From: Vicugna vicugna | Taxonomy: Eukaryota | Assembly: GCA_013265495.1 (NCBI GenBank) | Contig: MU058252.1 | Location: 2,204,244 to 2,268,243 of the forward strand | Direction of reading: 5' to 3' | Length of the DNA: 64,000 nt | In this document: piece after piece, positions 11,434 to 23,470 of the stretch | Numbering within the stretch: the stretch's first letter is position 1 | Layout: the number at the start of each line of letters is the position of its first letter | Position numbers and translations under genes: made by a program | Notes under the pieces: generated by a model | The model's database searches: none | Seen by the model: only the letters and a program-made list of their open reading frames with translations | Told to the model about the DNA's origin: nothing

Positions 11434-12256
11434 CATCCGACCCCACTTGTCCGGGGGAGATGCATTCCAAGACCCCCCATAGACGCCTGAAACCACAGAT
11501 AGTTCCGAACGCTATATTCTGTTTTTTCCTATGTATGTATGTACCTGTGATAAAGTTTAATGTATAAATTAGGCACAGTAAGGGATTAACGACAATAACT
11601 AAGTATAAAATAGAACAATTGTTACAATGTACTGTAATAAAAGGGACGTAAATGCGGTCTCTCTTCTCAGAATACCTCACTGGATGCATTTCATGCCTTT
11701 TGCATCTTAACTAAGCCCTTATCACCAGCTGTGGCTGTAAATGTTGCAGTTTGAGGAAGCAGAAATGGTCCAGGTTTCTTTTTTCTTCTTCGCAGTGTCA
11801 CAGACAGAAGATCCGTTCTTACCTCAGACCTTAGCAGCCTCAGCTTGGTTTTGCCTTTCCTTGTTAAGTCAGCAGCTTTGACCTTCTCACTTGAAGGAAG
11901 CACCTTTCCTTGGCAGATCTGAACTGCCAGCATCTCTTGTCTTGCACTGTGGGGCCACTATTAAGGAAAGTAAGGGTCACTTGCACCCAGGCTCTGTGGT
12001 CCCCGGTACCCCACAGTCGGTCTGATCATCCAGGGGGCTGCTGAGTGATGAAGGGGCACGGCATGGTGGCCAAAGGAGTGCGTCACATCCTGGAAGATGG
12101 AGCCTTACGGCGAGAGATTTCATCACGTTACTCAGAACAGCACAGATTTAAAAGTTATGAATTGTTTATTTCTGGAATTTTCCATTTAGCATTTTCAGAC
12201 CGAGATTGACCGTGGGGAACTGACACCTTGGATAAGGGGCTGGGGGCGGGCTGCTG
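11434..12256 (-). mobile_element. MER44/Tigger7-family DNA transposon, internally deleted, with transposase N-terminal remnant
   Basis: Degenerate TIRs (TA|CATCCGACCCCACTTGTCCG left; GGATAAGGGG...CTGCTG right); MER44-like TTATGAATTGTTTATTTCTGGAATTTTCCATTTA; minus-strand ORF remnant KVLPSSEKVKAADL...PQTATFTATAGDKGLVKMQKA. Confidence 0.9.
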
Positions 12257-13174
12257 TGCAACAGCCCGGGACCCTGTACCCTGAGGGAGGGGCGGGGCAA
12301 TGGTGCCTCCAGGCACGGATCCTGTACCCTGTTTCCCGGAGCTGCTGCTGCCACAGACCCGGGAACGCTGTTCTCACGGCTCCGCCAAGGGCTCGCGTGA
12401 TGCCAGCTCTCCTTCCACACGGTCTCGAGAGAGGTGCTGCCGAGACCCCTGGGCTAGCGTCCCGTCCCTCGCGTGAGAGAACGCGCCTCAGTGAGGACGC
12501 CTGCAGGCTGTGAACATGGGGGAGGGGGACTCTGCCGAGGGAGTCATGAAACGGGCCCGTGTCTTTTCTACACAAAGGGCGAGTTGATCCCCACTCACCT
12601 GCTGGGGAGAGAGTGCTCCTTTTGTAAGTTAAGCTCTGGACTTTAACACCCCAAACTCTGTATGTACCTTACAAACCTTATTCTCTTCTAATCATTTGGG
12701 AGAAGAACTCAGCTCCTCCTGTGTAATCCTAGGAGGGAACAGACACACTTGTGTGGAGGGTGGCCCCCTCCTCCTGCACGAAGCTAACGCTGTCTGAACA
12801 CAGGGGCCGCTGGGGAGAGGAAACTGAGCGTGACTTGACAGGCTCCCACGGGGTCTGGAGGACGAGTAGCAGGAACGCCAGCCCTGGGAGAGGCTAACCT
12901 GAGACCGTCCAGCGAGTATGTCCTCTGTGTCTCCTCCCTTGGCCGGCGCTGGGGAACCTCTCGTTACCAGGAGTGAAAGGGGGCTTGGAGTCCTGAGGGG
13001 ACACAGACAGGGAAGCGGTGATCAGTCTAAAATTCACCATTAAGAGTGATAATTAGGCTGAGGCTCAGGGTGGGGACAGGTGCCTGCAGAAAGAGCATCT
13101 GACTTTACCTGGAGTAGGGCACGTGAGGTTTGATGGCTGAGAGAGAATTTAAGAGGTTGAAATTAAGAAATTGC

Positions 13175-13326
13175 GAGGGAGGGTATAGCTCAGTGGTAGA
13201 GTGTGTGCTCAGCATGCATGAGGTCCTGGGTTCAATTCCCAGTCTCTCCATTAAATAAATAAATAAATAAAACAAATTACCCCCTCCCGCCAAAAAAAGC
13301 AAAAAAAAAAAAAAAAGAAGAAGAAA
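13175..13326 (+). mobile_element. tRNA-Ala-derived SINE (camelid Vic-1 type)
   Basis: GGGAGGGTATAGCTCAGTGGTAGAG (A box), GGGTTCAATTCCC (B box), (TAAA)n, AATTACCCCCTCCC, A-rich tail; AAGAAATT occurs on both sides. Confidence 0.92.
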
Positions 13327-13339
13327 AAGAAATTAAGCA

Positions 13340-14560
13340 AAAGATGAGGCTGAAAGCTGCTAGGAGCAGTTGGGGAGACATGCTGGGGAGGAGTTTAAGG
13401 CAGAGGTGACAGCCTGCACGGAGACAGGAAGCCCACGGGGGCCACCTAGGCTTCACTGGCTGGACGTAAACATGTCGGCCAGCAGGCAGCTCGAGGCTGA
13501 CCTGGAGTCAGACACCTGGTGATGAAGACCCTCCGCATCACACAGAGGGACTGCATAGGTGGTGGGGAGCTGTGAATTGGCCCAAGGGAGCAGGTACCAC
13601 GATCGCACCTGCTTGTCGGGATGGTGCTGAGGATGGAGAGAAGGAAGCTGGGGAAAGAGGCTGCTGGAGGCCAGGAAAGCACGTCTCGGGTGGAAATGGA
13701 TGAGGGGACAGAACAGCACTTTCGTGGTAGAATTAGACCTAATAGGACTTTATAATCCCTACAGACAGAGGGATCTTGGGGGATATGTCTCTTGGGTACT
13801 TTGACAGTGGCCTGGGCACTGGCCTCATTCACCGAGAACGGTGATGGAGAAGAGGCAGGGGACCTAGAAGGGAAATTCACAGATGAGGCTGAAAGGAACA
13901 CGTTCATGGTGTAGCATCCACAGAGTGCCCCGTTAGATGGCAGGTCTGGAACCTGCACAGAGGCTGGACCTGCGGGTCAAGTTGGGGTTACTGACGTGTC
14001 TGTGATGACGAGGCTGCGGGCACACTGGTGACTTTGCCTGGACAGTGGGGAGGACTTTGTGAGGGGACCCAGGACACAGCCAGCCTTCGGGAGGTGAGCG
14101 GATGAACGGGCTCCACTCAAACCCCTGGCAGGAGGCAGCAGGGAAGGAAACGGGAAGACAGGAAAATTCAAGGAGGAGGGAAAGATCAAAAATGCCAAAG
14201 GTCGAGGAGAGAGCAAAGAAGATGCCCGTTGTCTGTCTGGAGCCGTTCTGAGGACCAGTGAGGATGGACAGACAGAGGACCTTGGGTTACGGAGTGAACA
14301 GGAGGCCAGAAAAGGCTGAGATCCTGAATGTAGATGACTTCACCTATAAAGACAGCTACTGATTTCAGCTCCAACACACTGTAAATATATAAAGTATATT
14401 TATATATTACATATATAAGTATATACATATATAACAATATATAAAGCAAGGTGGAGAATGGGAGTTGTTTTTTCTTCGTAATCAAGAGGGATCTGAAAAT
14501 ACTCCTATTTGAAGACACGATGCTAATGAACTAGAAGAGCTTTGAGAGGAATGCGGCGGG
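13340..14560 (-). mobile_element. Degenerate L2 fragments
   Basis: Purine-rich diverged L2-like blocks, e.g. TAGATGGCAGGTCTGGAACCTGCACAGAGGCTGGACCTG; boundaries uncertain. Confidence 0.55.
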
Positions 14561-16139
14561 CGAGGCAGAGATGCGGGACACGGCGAGGTGGGGCCGTGGG
14601 TCTCAGGAGAGCTGCTTCTCTCACCTACGGAACGTGGCTCGTCTCAAGGTTCCCTGATGGGCCGCCCCCCCGCCCCTGCATCTCGACTGGCTGACCCAGG
14701 CTGTAGGCAATTGCTTTGCTCCGTCCAGATCCCTTCACTTGTCGACCATCACTCAAGATGTGATGTTGTTAAAAGAATGTACAGATAATTGCCACTGAGG
14801 CACTGACAGTCAGGTGGATGAGACTTACTTTACTTTATCTGGAGGAGACATTCTCCTCCCTCTTTGAGCACCAAACATAAGAAATGTGCACTTGTGTATT
14901 TTCCCCTGGAAAACAATGCGATCAAAAAAACCTTCCCGAATTCCTCTCATGCCCAGGTGAGCCGTCCTGTGCTTGTTGGGGGGTCTGTGGATGGACTGTG
15001 GTGGCGTTGTGCATCCGAAATGCAAGCCCTGTCACTGCCTGTTCTTTGTATTGAGACGGATGCTCTGATGATTCACACAGTATGTTACGTGCCCCATTCA
15101 CGGGAAATGAACTTTTCTACCATTGGCACTATTTCATTGTAGCTACCATTCATGAGTAACTGGCAACCACGTTGTGAAAGAGACCTTATCATCCGCACCT
15201 TTCTGGGGATTACACTGGGGCCCAGAAAGATTAAGCAACGGTTTCCATGTAATGTGGGCCGTTGGTGTATCATTGGGTGAATCTGGTTGAGATTCAAATC
15301 CAGATTCTAATCCTCTAAAGTCTATGGAATTCAAATAAGTTGTTTAATTCATTGTTTTTCCTTAAGAGGATTCCATCTAGAAGGGCAGTTTGGTTTTGCC
15401 AGGTACGGACTATGCCGTGCTCTGAGTTTATTACAGAGGTGCCACCCTCCGAAGGGCTGAGATGTGGGGAACCAGGGTTTGTGTCCATCTGAGGATGGGT
15501 GCATCTTGATTCTTCCTGGGGAAGAAAGCACGTCTTGAAAGGCATATTTATTTCTTTGCTATAGTCCGTACTTATTTTATTAATAGTTTATGAGTCTCAG
15601 CTAAATCCCCAGGGCATGATAAATGACACTCTTCACCAGGAGAACTTGAGAGGAAAACAGGCACTCAGTTATAACAATTTATGGCAAATGCTTAAAATTA
15701 GTAGACCCCACCATCTTTCAAGGTCTTGTCAAGTGCAGAAGTCTGTTGGATACAATTTAAAAGGGCTTACCATAGAAAGCTCTAAATCTTTGCACTGTCT
15801 GCCCAGTGTATCTTAATACGGGAGAAAATTATTTTTGTAAATCTTTCTCTAGAAGAAATTTCACGTCCTCTTCTATAATCTCATGCGGTGGCGAGGTGAG
15901 GGAAAGACGGAAGCCTGTGTTTATCTCCAGCCTGCAGCAGGGAAATGAAATCGTCCAGAAAGTATTCCTTGAAAGAGCACTGAGAATAAATGTGAATATG
16001 ACCGTTATCTTTTCTTTTTTATTTGGTAGTCTCACCCACTTCTCCAAACATCTTTTGTCTTCCTTTAAATGTCCAGAGTGCCCTCAAGTCTGTATTTCAT
16101 TTTCTCCTCAAACCCACAAAAATTAAATCCGGGTTTGTG

Positions 16140-16250
16140 TTATCACTGTCACTTTACAGATAAGGAGACTGGAGATGAGGAATTGGGGATAATCTCCGAA
16201 GGTCACACAGCTGGTTAGAGACAGAACCAGAGCCATGATCCAGATCGTCC
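16140..16250 (-). mobile_element. MIR fragment
   Basis: ACTTTACAGATAAGGAGACTG...AAGGTCACACAGCTGGTTAG. Confidence 0.8.
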
Positions 16251-16649
16251 CCCATTTTTTTTCTAAGTAAAAAAATGCCTATGTCTTCTATACTTACCCT
16301 CAAAATACTGTGTGTTTTCACTGAAGCTTTCAGGGGACACTGTGGTTCAGGAGACAGATGATGTCTGGGAGGCGAGTCACGAGCGACCTCACCCTCCACC
16401 TCCGCTCACTCACTGCATCTTTCGGGCAAGTCTTTGCCTTTCCAGTGTCCCGGTTTCCTCCTCTGTGAAATGACGGAGCTGGGAAAGGAGTGGCTGCCTG
16501 ATCTCCTGGACTAGACTCTGGGATTTGAGGGGTTTTGTTATGTTGTTCTATCAACATGACCAACAGGATGCCTGTGTGTACACATCCAGAAAAGAAATTT
16601 AACTTTTGTTAGTTTTACAATTCGATTTTCAAGAAAGGAAATTCTTTCT

Positions 16650-16905
16650 TGAGAAGAAAGATTTATTTCAAGGAGCTGGCTCACACCGCTGTGGGACCAG
16701 GAGGTCTGAAATCTGTAGGTCAAGCTGGTAGGCTGGGCCCTCAGGAGTGACTTCAGTGTTACAGTCTTGAGACGGAATTTCTTCTTCCGCTGGAAACACG
16801 CGTTTTTGCCCTTGAGGCCTTCGGCTAACTGGATGAGGCGCATTCACACCACAGAGAGTGATCTCCTTTACCTGAAAGTCAGTTGATTGTAGATGTTAAT
16901 CTTGT
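16650..16905 (-). mobile_element. ERVL LTR fragment (MLT2-like)
   Basis: AGATTTATTTCAAGGAGCTGGCTCACAC...AACTGGATGAGGCGCATTCACACCACAGAGAGTGATCTCCTTTAC...AAGTCAGTTGATTGTAGATGTTAATC. Confidence 0.85.
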
Positions 16906-17780
16906 CTCTGCCTTCTTAACCTGTAGGCTCTCTCGGATACAGCCATTAAATCTGAGGACAACGTAAAGAAGGAAGAAGTCGCAAAAATAAAAATTAAAAA
17001 ATGTTTAAAAAAGAAGGACAGAGTCGTGATTGTGTGGATGACAGATTCCATCCTTCACTGCATCCTGCCTGGATTCCTGGCGCTTGTGGTCCTCAGGGTG
17101 GCCGTGAGGCCAGCAGGTGCCCCGTCCTCCCGGGAACTCAGGTCACAGTGGCAGACATGCAGCGTGAGACGGATGCCGACCGAGAGCGTTGCTCCCAAGC
17201 CAGGGTCGACCCAGCGGGACCTGGGCCGGGAGCCCAGGGAGTGAAGGCGCGGCCTCCTTGTCCGGGAGCCAGGCGGCCTGGGCGGGGGCTCCCTCGTCTC
17301 CCTGCTGCTCAGACCCCCGCTGCGGGGGTCAGTACAGAATACAGGTCAGGGGCGGGGGGAGCTGGACTGCTCAAGAGAAGGGCTTCAGGGAGGGTGGAGG
17401 GGAAGCCTTGTGAAAACAGCCACGTCAGTCTCCTTCCCTCCCGACCGCAGATCTGGGAGATGGAGAGCTGGGCGGACTTCCTCCTTCACAGGAGGCAGAC
17501 CCCGGTTTGCAGGGGAAGAGGGAGGCCTGAGTCAGGGCGATGCCCTGGTCCCTCCCCTGCTGTGAAGGTCCCTCGTCAGCTCTAATCCGGTGGGTCTCCT
17601 CCGACTCCCTGTGTTTTCTGGTGTTTGGCAATAAAAAATTCTGACCCACCTTCTTCTGTGCCTGTTTCATCTGGCGAAGGGGGTTAATTTCCTTCCTCAC
17701 CAAGGTCATGTGCTCCTGGGTGAATGACTGAGGACTGGCTCTAGGACGCTCTGTGGTTAAGGCAGGCAAACTGCAGTAGC

Positions 17781-17870
17781 AAAACAACAAAACAAAACAA
17801 ACAAAACACACACACACAAAGCAAAACAAAAGCAGAAAACAAAAAACCCAACAAAACCCAGAATAAATAA
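17781..17870. repeat. Imperfect (AAAC)n/(CA)n low-complexity tract
   Basis: Read directly. Confidence 0.85.
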
Positions 17871-20108
17871 AGGCTTGAGCACAGGCAGCGTCTGTTTTGT
17901 GCCGTGTAATAAGCTAGTGGGGCGGGAGCAGGGCGCTGAGTGGGCTCAGCCTTCCCCACTGTTTCGTCCGAGGTGGGGGGCAGGGAGGGCCCCACGTGGA
18001 GGCACTGACGGTCCCCACGGGCACCCCATGCTGCTGGGCCGACGTCAGTGAGGTGACCAGGCCCAGCTGCAGGGCAGGCTGGGAAGTGCAGGCGAGGTGG
18101 GTGAGCAGAGAAGGAAGGGGCGGCCTGACTTGCCACAGACACACCTGCAGTCGGGCCGGGAGCCCAGGTTTCGCATCGTGCTGGGTCTGTTTCTTTTGAG
18201 TCTGACTTTTTTTAAACCACAGGATTGTCGGAGGGGACTTGCATCCTCGGCCTGGTCCGCTTTCTCTCTCCCGGGTGCACAGGGCTCCTCCCCTCCCCGG
18301 CCTCGGCCCCATCTCTGGGGTGGGAGTGGGCAGGGGGAGGAGCAGGCGCAGATAACAGCTGAAATCAGCTCTCGGGGCTCTGCCCCCGCAAAAGCCCGTG
18401 GCCAGTTCTGCCTGCACATCTGGCTCCCATCCTGCCGTGTGGAGGGAGAGGCCCTCTGTTCCTTCAGGGCCTCCGCCCAGCACCTGGAAACACGGACAAA
18501 CTGCAAAAATAAAACCCCAAACCGCCTTCCAAGCTCTCGGGCGCCAAGCTGCTCCGTCCGCACCTGCCCCTCCCTCGGCCTGGGGTCCTGCTTCCCTGCC
18601 TGGCGGAGAAGACACTGAGGGTCGCAGGGGTCCGCCTCCTGCGATGAATTCAGGGATTCTCCAGTGAAAGGCATTTGGTGGCAGAAATTAGTGATGGCAT
18701 ATTTCAAAGGCAAGCCAAGAACCTGGCCTCCACTCCGCTCTGCTTGGGGGCAGTGCTGGTCACTCAGGGTAGAGAGGGGCATTCGCAATAAGCCGTGGCT
18801 TTTTTCCCTGGAGTATGAATAGCACGTGTCTGACCTCGGCTGCACGGTCCCCTGCGGCCAGGGCCACCCGGGACCCAGCTGTCCTGGTGCTCGGCACGTG
18901 TGGATGTGGAGTCAGATTCAGGGGGACTCAACTTTTTGTTTTCACTGCCACCTCCTGAGGGAAAGGGTGCAGTTCGTTGAGACGGTGAAAACACACACTT
19001 ACCTGCAGGCACTTGAGGTGGAAAGCCAGATTGTTCACTTTTTTCCCTAATTACTTCCCACTCTGAAAGAATTACCTGGAGTTCATTTTCAGCTCTGTTT
19101 TGGTGTCAGGAGAGCCAATTGCAGTGAGATTTATGCCAACTCCTGTGACACGTCACACTTCTGGGCGTAATTACTATGCGCAGGTGCTTGTTCCTCTACT
19201 GTCTTCTTTCTCCTTGCCATCCTCTATTTTACTTCCCTCCCCCACCCCCTCTCCCGGAAGGTGTTTGTGGTCTCACATTCCTGTGTGGCTCAGTCACCCG
19301 CTGGCTCCGCTGGTGTTGGATGAGTCACAGGAGTGCCTGATGAGAAGGCTGTGGGGGCCCAGATCACACGGGAACAGACTGGACCCCCTTTGGGGTGGCT
19401 TGTGTCCCTGAGTCCTCTGTGCTGGACTCCGGGTGTGTCTGTGTGTGCAGGAGGCTGGATATGTGCACAGTGGACAGATGTAAGTTCTGTATACTTTAAA
19501 TTTAAATTCAAAATGACAAATCATATTTCAAGTTTTAAAATATAATCGCTCCCCAATGTTTAGACTCACTGTATTTGGCCACGGTGTCTCAGTGCCTCCT
19601 GCAGGGATGGGCGTCAAACGTGCGACACACGGCCACTCTTGGTACAGTCTTATTTCTAGCTCCTCACAGGTGCCGTGACTTGAGTTTAAGTGTACAAGAC
19701 ACATACTCATGCGTTGTCCTGATAACATGTTAGCAAATCACACGTAAATCTCACGTCCGTTCTCGTCATCCCCACAGCCTTTGCCCCGAGAATTCCCCGG
19801 AGGAGTTGCTGTCATTACTTTGATACGGAAACGTCTCATCTTTATGTACAATGATTATGTAATATTAATATAACATTGGAATACACATTAATGTTAAGTA
19901 ATACCAATATATTTAAATAAGTTTTTATATACAAAGTATAAAATGTGTATCTGTATGTCCATAAATATTCATACACATACACACACATATATATGTAGGC
20001 ACATTGGGATACTTGAATATATAAATATAATTTTTTTTTACATAAATAACATTACATTGAGGTTTTTTTCCCTCACCTTATGCATCAACATCCGTTTATC
20101 TACTTAGA

Positions 20109-20250
20109 CATTTTTTTAATGGTTTTTTTAGGGGGCGTGGGTAATTAGGTTTATTTATTTATTTATTTTTAGAGGAGGTTCTGGGGGTTGAACCCACGAC
20201 CTCGGGCATGCTAAGCATGTGCTCTACCGCTAAGCTACAGCCTCCCTCCC
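20109..20250 (-). mobile_element. Vic-1-type SINE
   Basis: Reverse A and B boxes (GGGGGTTGAACCC; CTCTACCGCTAAGCTA); TSD TTATCTacTTAGA 20096-20108 vs TTATCTgtTTAGA 20251-20263. Confidence 0.9.
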
Positions 20251-20363
20251 TTATCTGTTTAGATTTGAACATACTCACACGCACCTCATTCACACAAGCC
20301 TCTGTAGGGAAGGCTGTGCTGTGGGGACACCGCAGCCTCTAAAACTGTGCCCCTATTAAGCGT

Positions 20364-20531
20364 TACAAACTATTATGTACGAAATAAACCACAAGGATGT
20401 ACTCTGCAACACAGGGAATGCAACCAATATTTTATTATGACTAAGTGGAGCATAACCTTTAAAAATTGTGAATCACTACACTGCACACCTGTAACTTATA
20501 TTTACAGCAACTATACTTCAGTTAAAAAAAA
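20364..20531 (+). mobile_element. Older L1 3'UTR end
   Basis: CAACACAGGGAAT...CCAATATTTT...TGTGAATCACTACACTGCACACCTG...CTATACTTCAGTTAAAAAAAA; same 3'UTR type as 59460-59630. Confidence 0.85.
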
Positions 20532-20810
20532 CCTCTTCCCCTGCTGCAGGCGTGCAGTGCTTTCCGCGTTTTTGCGGAGCAGTGAGCGCACAGTGCCCGG
20601 CCCACTGTACTCCTGCGCAGACGCGTTGGCGCCCCTCCCGCGGACGTACTGAGAAACACAGCAGCTGGGGTGTAAGTTACATATATTTAAATTTGAGTTG
20701 AAAATGACGATCAGATTCCCAAGTGGCAGCACCAGCTTATAGTTCCGACATCAGTGTATGAAAATGCGTTGTTTTCCCCTGACTTTTCTGATAGAATAAA
20801 ATTGCATAGG

Positions 20811-20917
20811 TTCTTTTTTTAGTTTAATTTTTTAATGGAGGTAGTGGGGATTGAACCCAGGACCTCAAGCTTGCTGAGCACACGCTGAGCACCACTGAAC
20901 TCTATCCACCTCCCCCC
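20811..20917 (-). mobile_element. Vic-1-type SINE (short form)
   Basis: TTTAATGGAGGTAGTGGGGATTGAACCCAGGACCTC...CACCACTGAACT. Confidence 0.88.
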
Positions 20918-22829
20918 AGCCCCCCCTCCCCCCCGACAGAATAACATTTTGAAGCACAAAATGTGTTCAGGTGGAATCCGGAAAGACGCGTCCGCATTTG
21001 TGCTTTTTCCGGTTTTCTCTGTTTTTGAGTCCATATACGCTCCTCTGTAACGTCACAGAGGTGAGACGACATAGTGATGACACGGACTTGCGTCTGTCAA
21101 GTTTACCGTAAATGGCGGTCCGCATGCGCACTGCTCCCTGGACGAGCGGCGCCGTGCGGTCACTGTGTGTGCACACTGGCACATCTTCTCTGGGGTTCTT
21201 TGACAAACTCTCTTGAATCTCTTCAGCAGCTGGGGGCTGGAGGCAGCAGCAGACCCCTGGAGGACAGTTGTTAGGTTTTGAACACAGGCAAAAGCCATCT
21301 GGAGCCACGTCTGGCGAATGAGTTTTGTGATGCAGACCTAGTGGTTTGTGCAAAGCCAGGCTGGCTTCTCGGGCAGACATAGTCCTGTCACATGAATAAT
21401 TTTAGTTTGTCAGAACCAATGGCCGCATGCTTTGTAGCCACATGCCATCCGGGTCAGGAAGAGTCCTTGTGGGGAGAAGCTGTGGCATGTGCTCTTTATG
21501 TTATTGTGAACGATCCATGGTAGCTGACGTGAGGGGAAGTGGAAACGGACGCGTGTGAGCAAATACCGAATTTCATTTGGTCACAGGGAAAAAATGAGAG
21601 TTTTCTTCACTGATCTTGCTGATCATTTGCTGGTACTTGAAGCGAATGCCACACAGCCCAGCCTGCTCAGCACTTCGAGTTTCATCTCTAGGGAAGGGAC
21701 GTGCCCTCTCTCCTGGTGCCAGGCTGCCAGGTGGGGGTCCCCAGGCCGATTACCTACCTCCAGTGTGTCACTGGGTGATCTGAGGGCGCATCCTTGCCTG
21801 AGGACCCTTCGGGGAAAAGGCCAGCCTTTGATGAGTACTTACTTTCCAGGAGCGATCTGTTCCAAAGCTTCCCGCCAGGTCGGTGTGTCGGGAGCCTTCC
21901 TTCGCCTCCCCCCCACCCCCAGCATGTTAATGAGGTCGCTGGAAAATCCTGCTGCGCTTTGAGTTTCCACAGATGTGATTATTTTGAAAGTTCCTTTAAT
22001 GACGATCAGTCTTTGAAAATTGTTCCGAGCTATTTTTAAGGCAGCACAGAATAAAAAGCTTCTCCAGGAAAGTGAGAGAAGCAGGCGCCCCACGGCTGCT
22101 GAGAACGATGATCTCTGGTATTTATCCAGGCCCCTCTGTCCTCCGAGTTTGGGCATCCAGTCAGCGAACTGGGCTGAATCTGCATAATCTGCATCAGGAA
22201 TCCGAAAGCTGAGTTTAAACCTCATCTCATTGGCTTAGCTTCTCAGGAGAGTCCGTAGATGGCGAACTCCCCTTCTCCTCGCCATTTGCCCTCCAGGGCA
22301 CCAGGGCTGGTTTACCGAGAGCCCCACTGGCTGCCGCACAACCAGCGTGGCTCCAGGATGAAGGGGACTGTTCCTTCCGGAGGGGGTGATGCTCACGGTT
22401 GTCTGAGTCCACCCCCCACCTGCCCAGAGCACCCGGCGGCCGCCCTGCCGCCTACCTCGGGCTGGTCAGCGTTCCGCAGCAGCGCCAATTATACGGAAGA
22501 GATGCGCGCAGCTAGGGAGAGAAAAGTAGATGCCGTGCTCTGTCTCCGGGAAAGCCTTCTGTCCTGGCAGCTGGACTCCAAAGGCAGCTCAGCTGGGCCT
22601 TCAGTTAAGAGCCCGGGTGGATGACTGTTTCGGAAGGGGCAGTGGGTGCCCTGAGAACAAACATGTTTTCCGCATGATGGTGGTGGATGCAGTGGAGAGC
22701 CCTGTGCAAGTGTTGTTGTTTTTTTTTTAATCCAATGGTTTACTTTAAATCCTTATCCTATCTGGTTTTTTCCTACAGAATTGGATACCAGTGACCTTGT
22801 GCGTCTCTGAAGTGTGGTTGTCCCTTTGT

Positions 22830-23470
22830 TCCCTTGATGACATGCCCTCTGGCCTTTTCTGAGAATGGTTACAGTTCTCTTTTTTGTGCCCCTCTGTGTT
22901 CCTGAACTTTAAACACTGGTGCTCCTGGCCTTCCTGTCCTCAGTCCTATTAACTGTATAATGCCATACAGTCCCCGGGACTCAATCTGCTCCTTAGGTCA
23001 CAGGTGCCATGGTCATGCCGTGCATTCAGCCCCGGCCCCTTCTGTGAGCTCGGTTTTCACTTGGGAACTTCCTAACAAACATTTCTAAATGGAGCCCCAC
23101 GGATCCCTCGTGCTCCACACGTCACAAGGGAAACTCATCATCTGCCCTTTGACACCTTCTCTCCTTCCTGTAATTTCCTATCTTGGTGAATGAACAATCT
23201 AGAAACCTAAGAATCATCTTCACACACCACCTTCTCAACCCACAAATACTCTGCATTTAAGCAACTTGAGACTACCCGCCGTGTCTTGAGTTTAACATGA
23301 CGTTTCTCATCCCCATGCCTTTGTGCAGGTGCTTTCTTCTTGGGATGCTCTTCCTTCATTCCTGTATTTCACAGACTCCTACTCATCCTTCAAGACCCCA
23401 TTCCAACATGCTTTCACTTTTGGAGACTTTAGGCCCTCCTACCCACAGTGAATGACACTGCTCTTTCATT
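22830..23470 (+). mobile_element. Degenerate L2
   Basis: AACTCATCATCT...CCTATCTTGGTGAATG...AGAAACCTAAGAATCATCTT...CTCCTACTCATCCTTCAAGACCC. Confidence 0.7.

Noticed and set aside
13178..13250. Apparent tRNA-Ala genes (also 27985-28058 and the minus-strand copies)
   Set aside because: They are followed by SINE-specific tails and flanked by TSDs, with stem mismatches. They are SINE heads.
19849..19880. AT-rich imperfect palindrome as a miRNA hairpin
   Set aside because: Too short and low-complexity; expected by chance in an AT tract.
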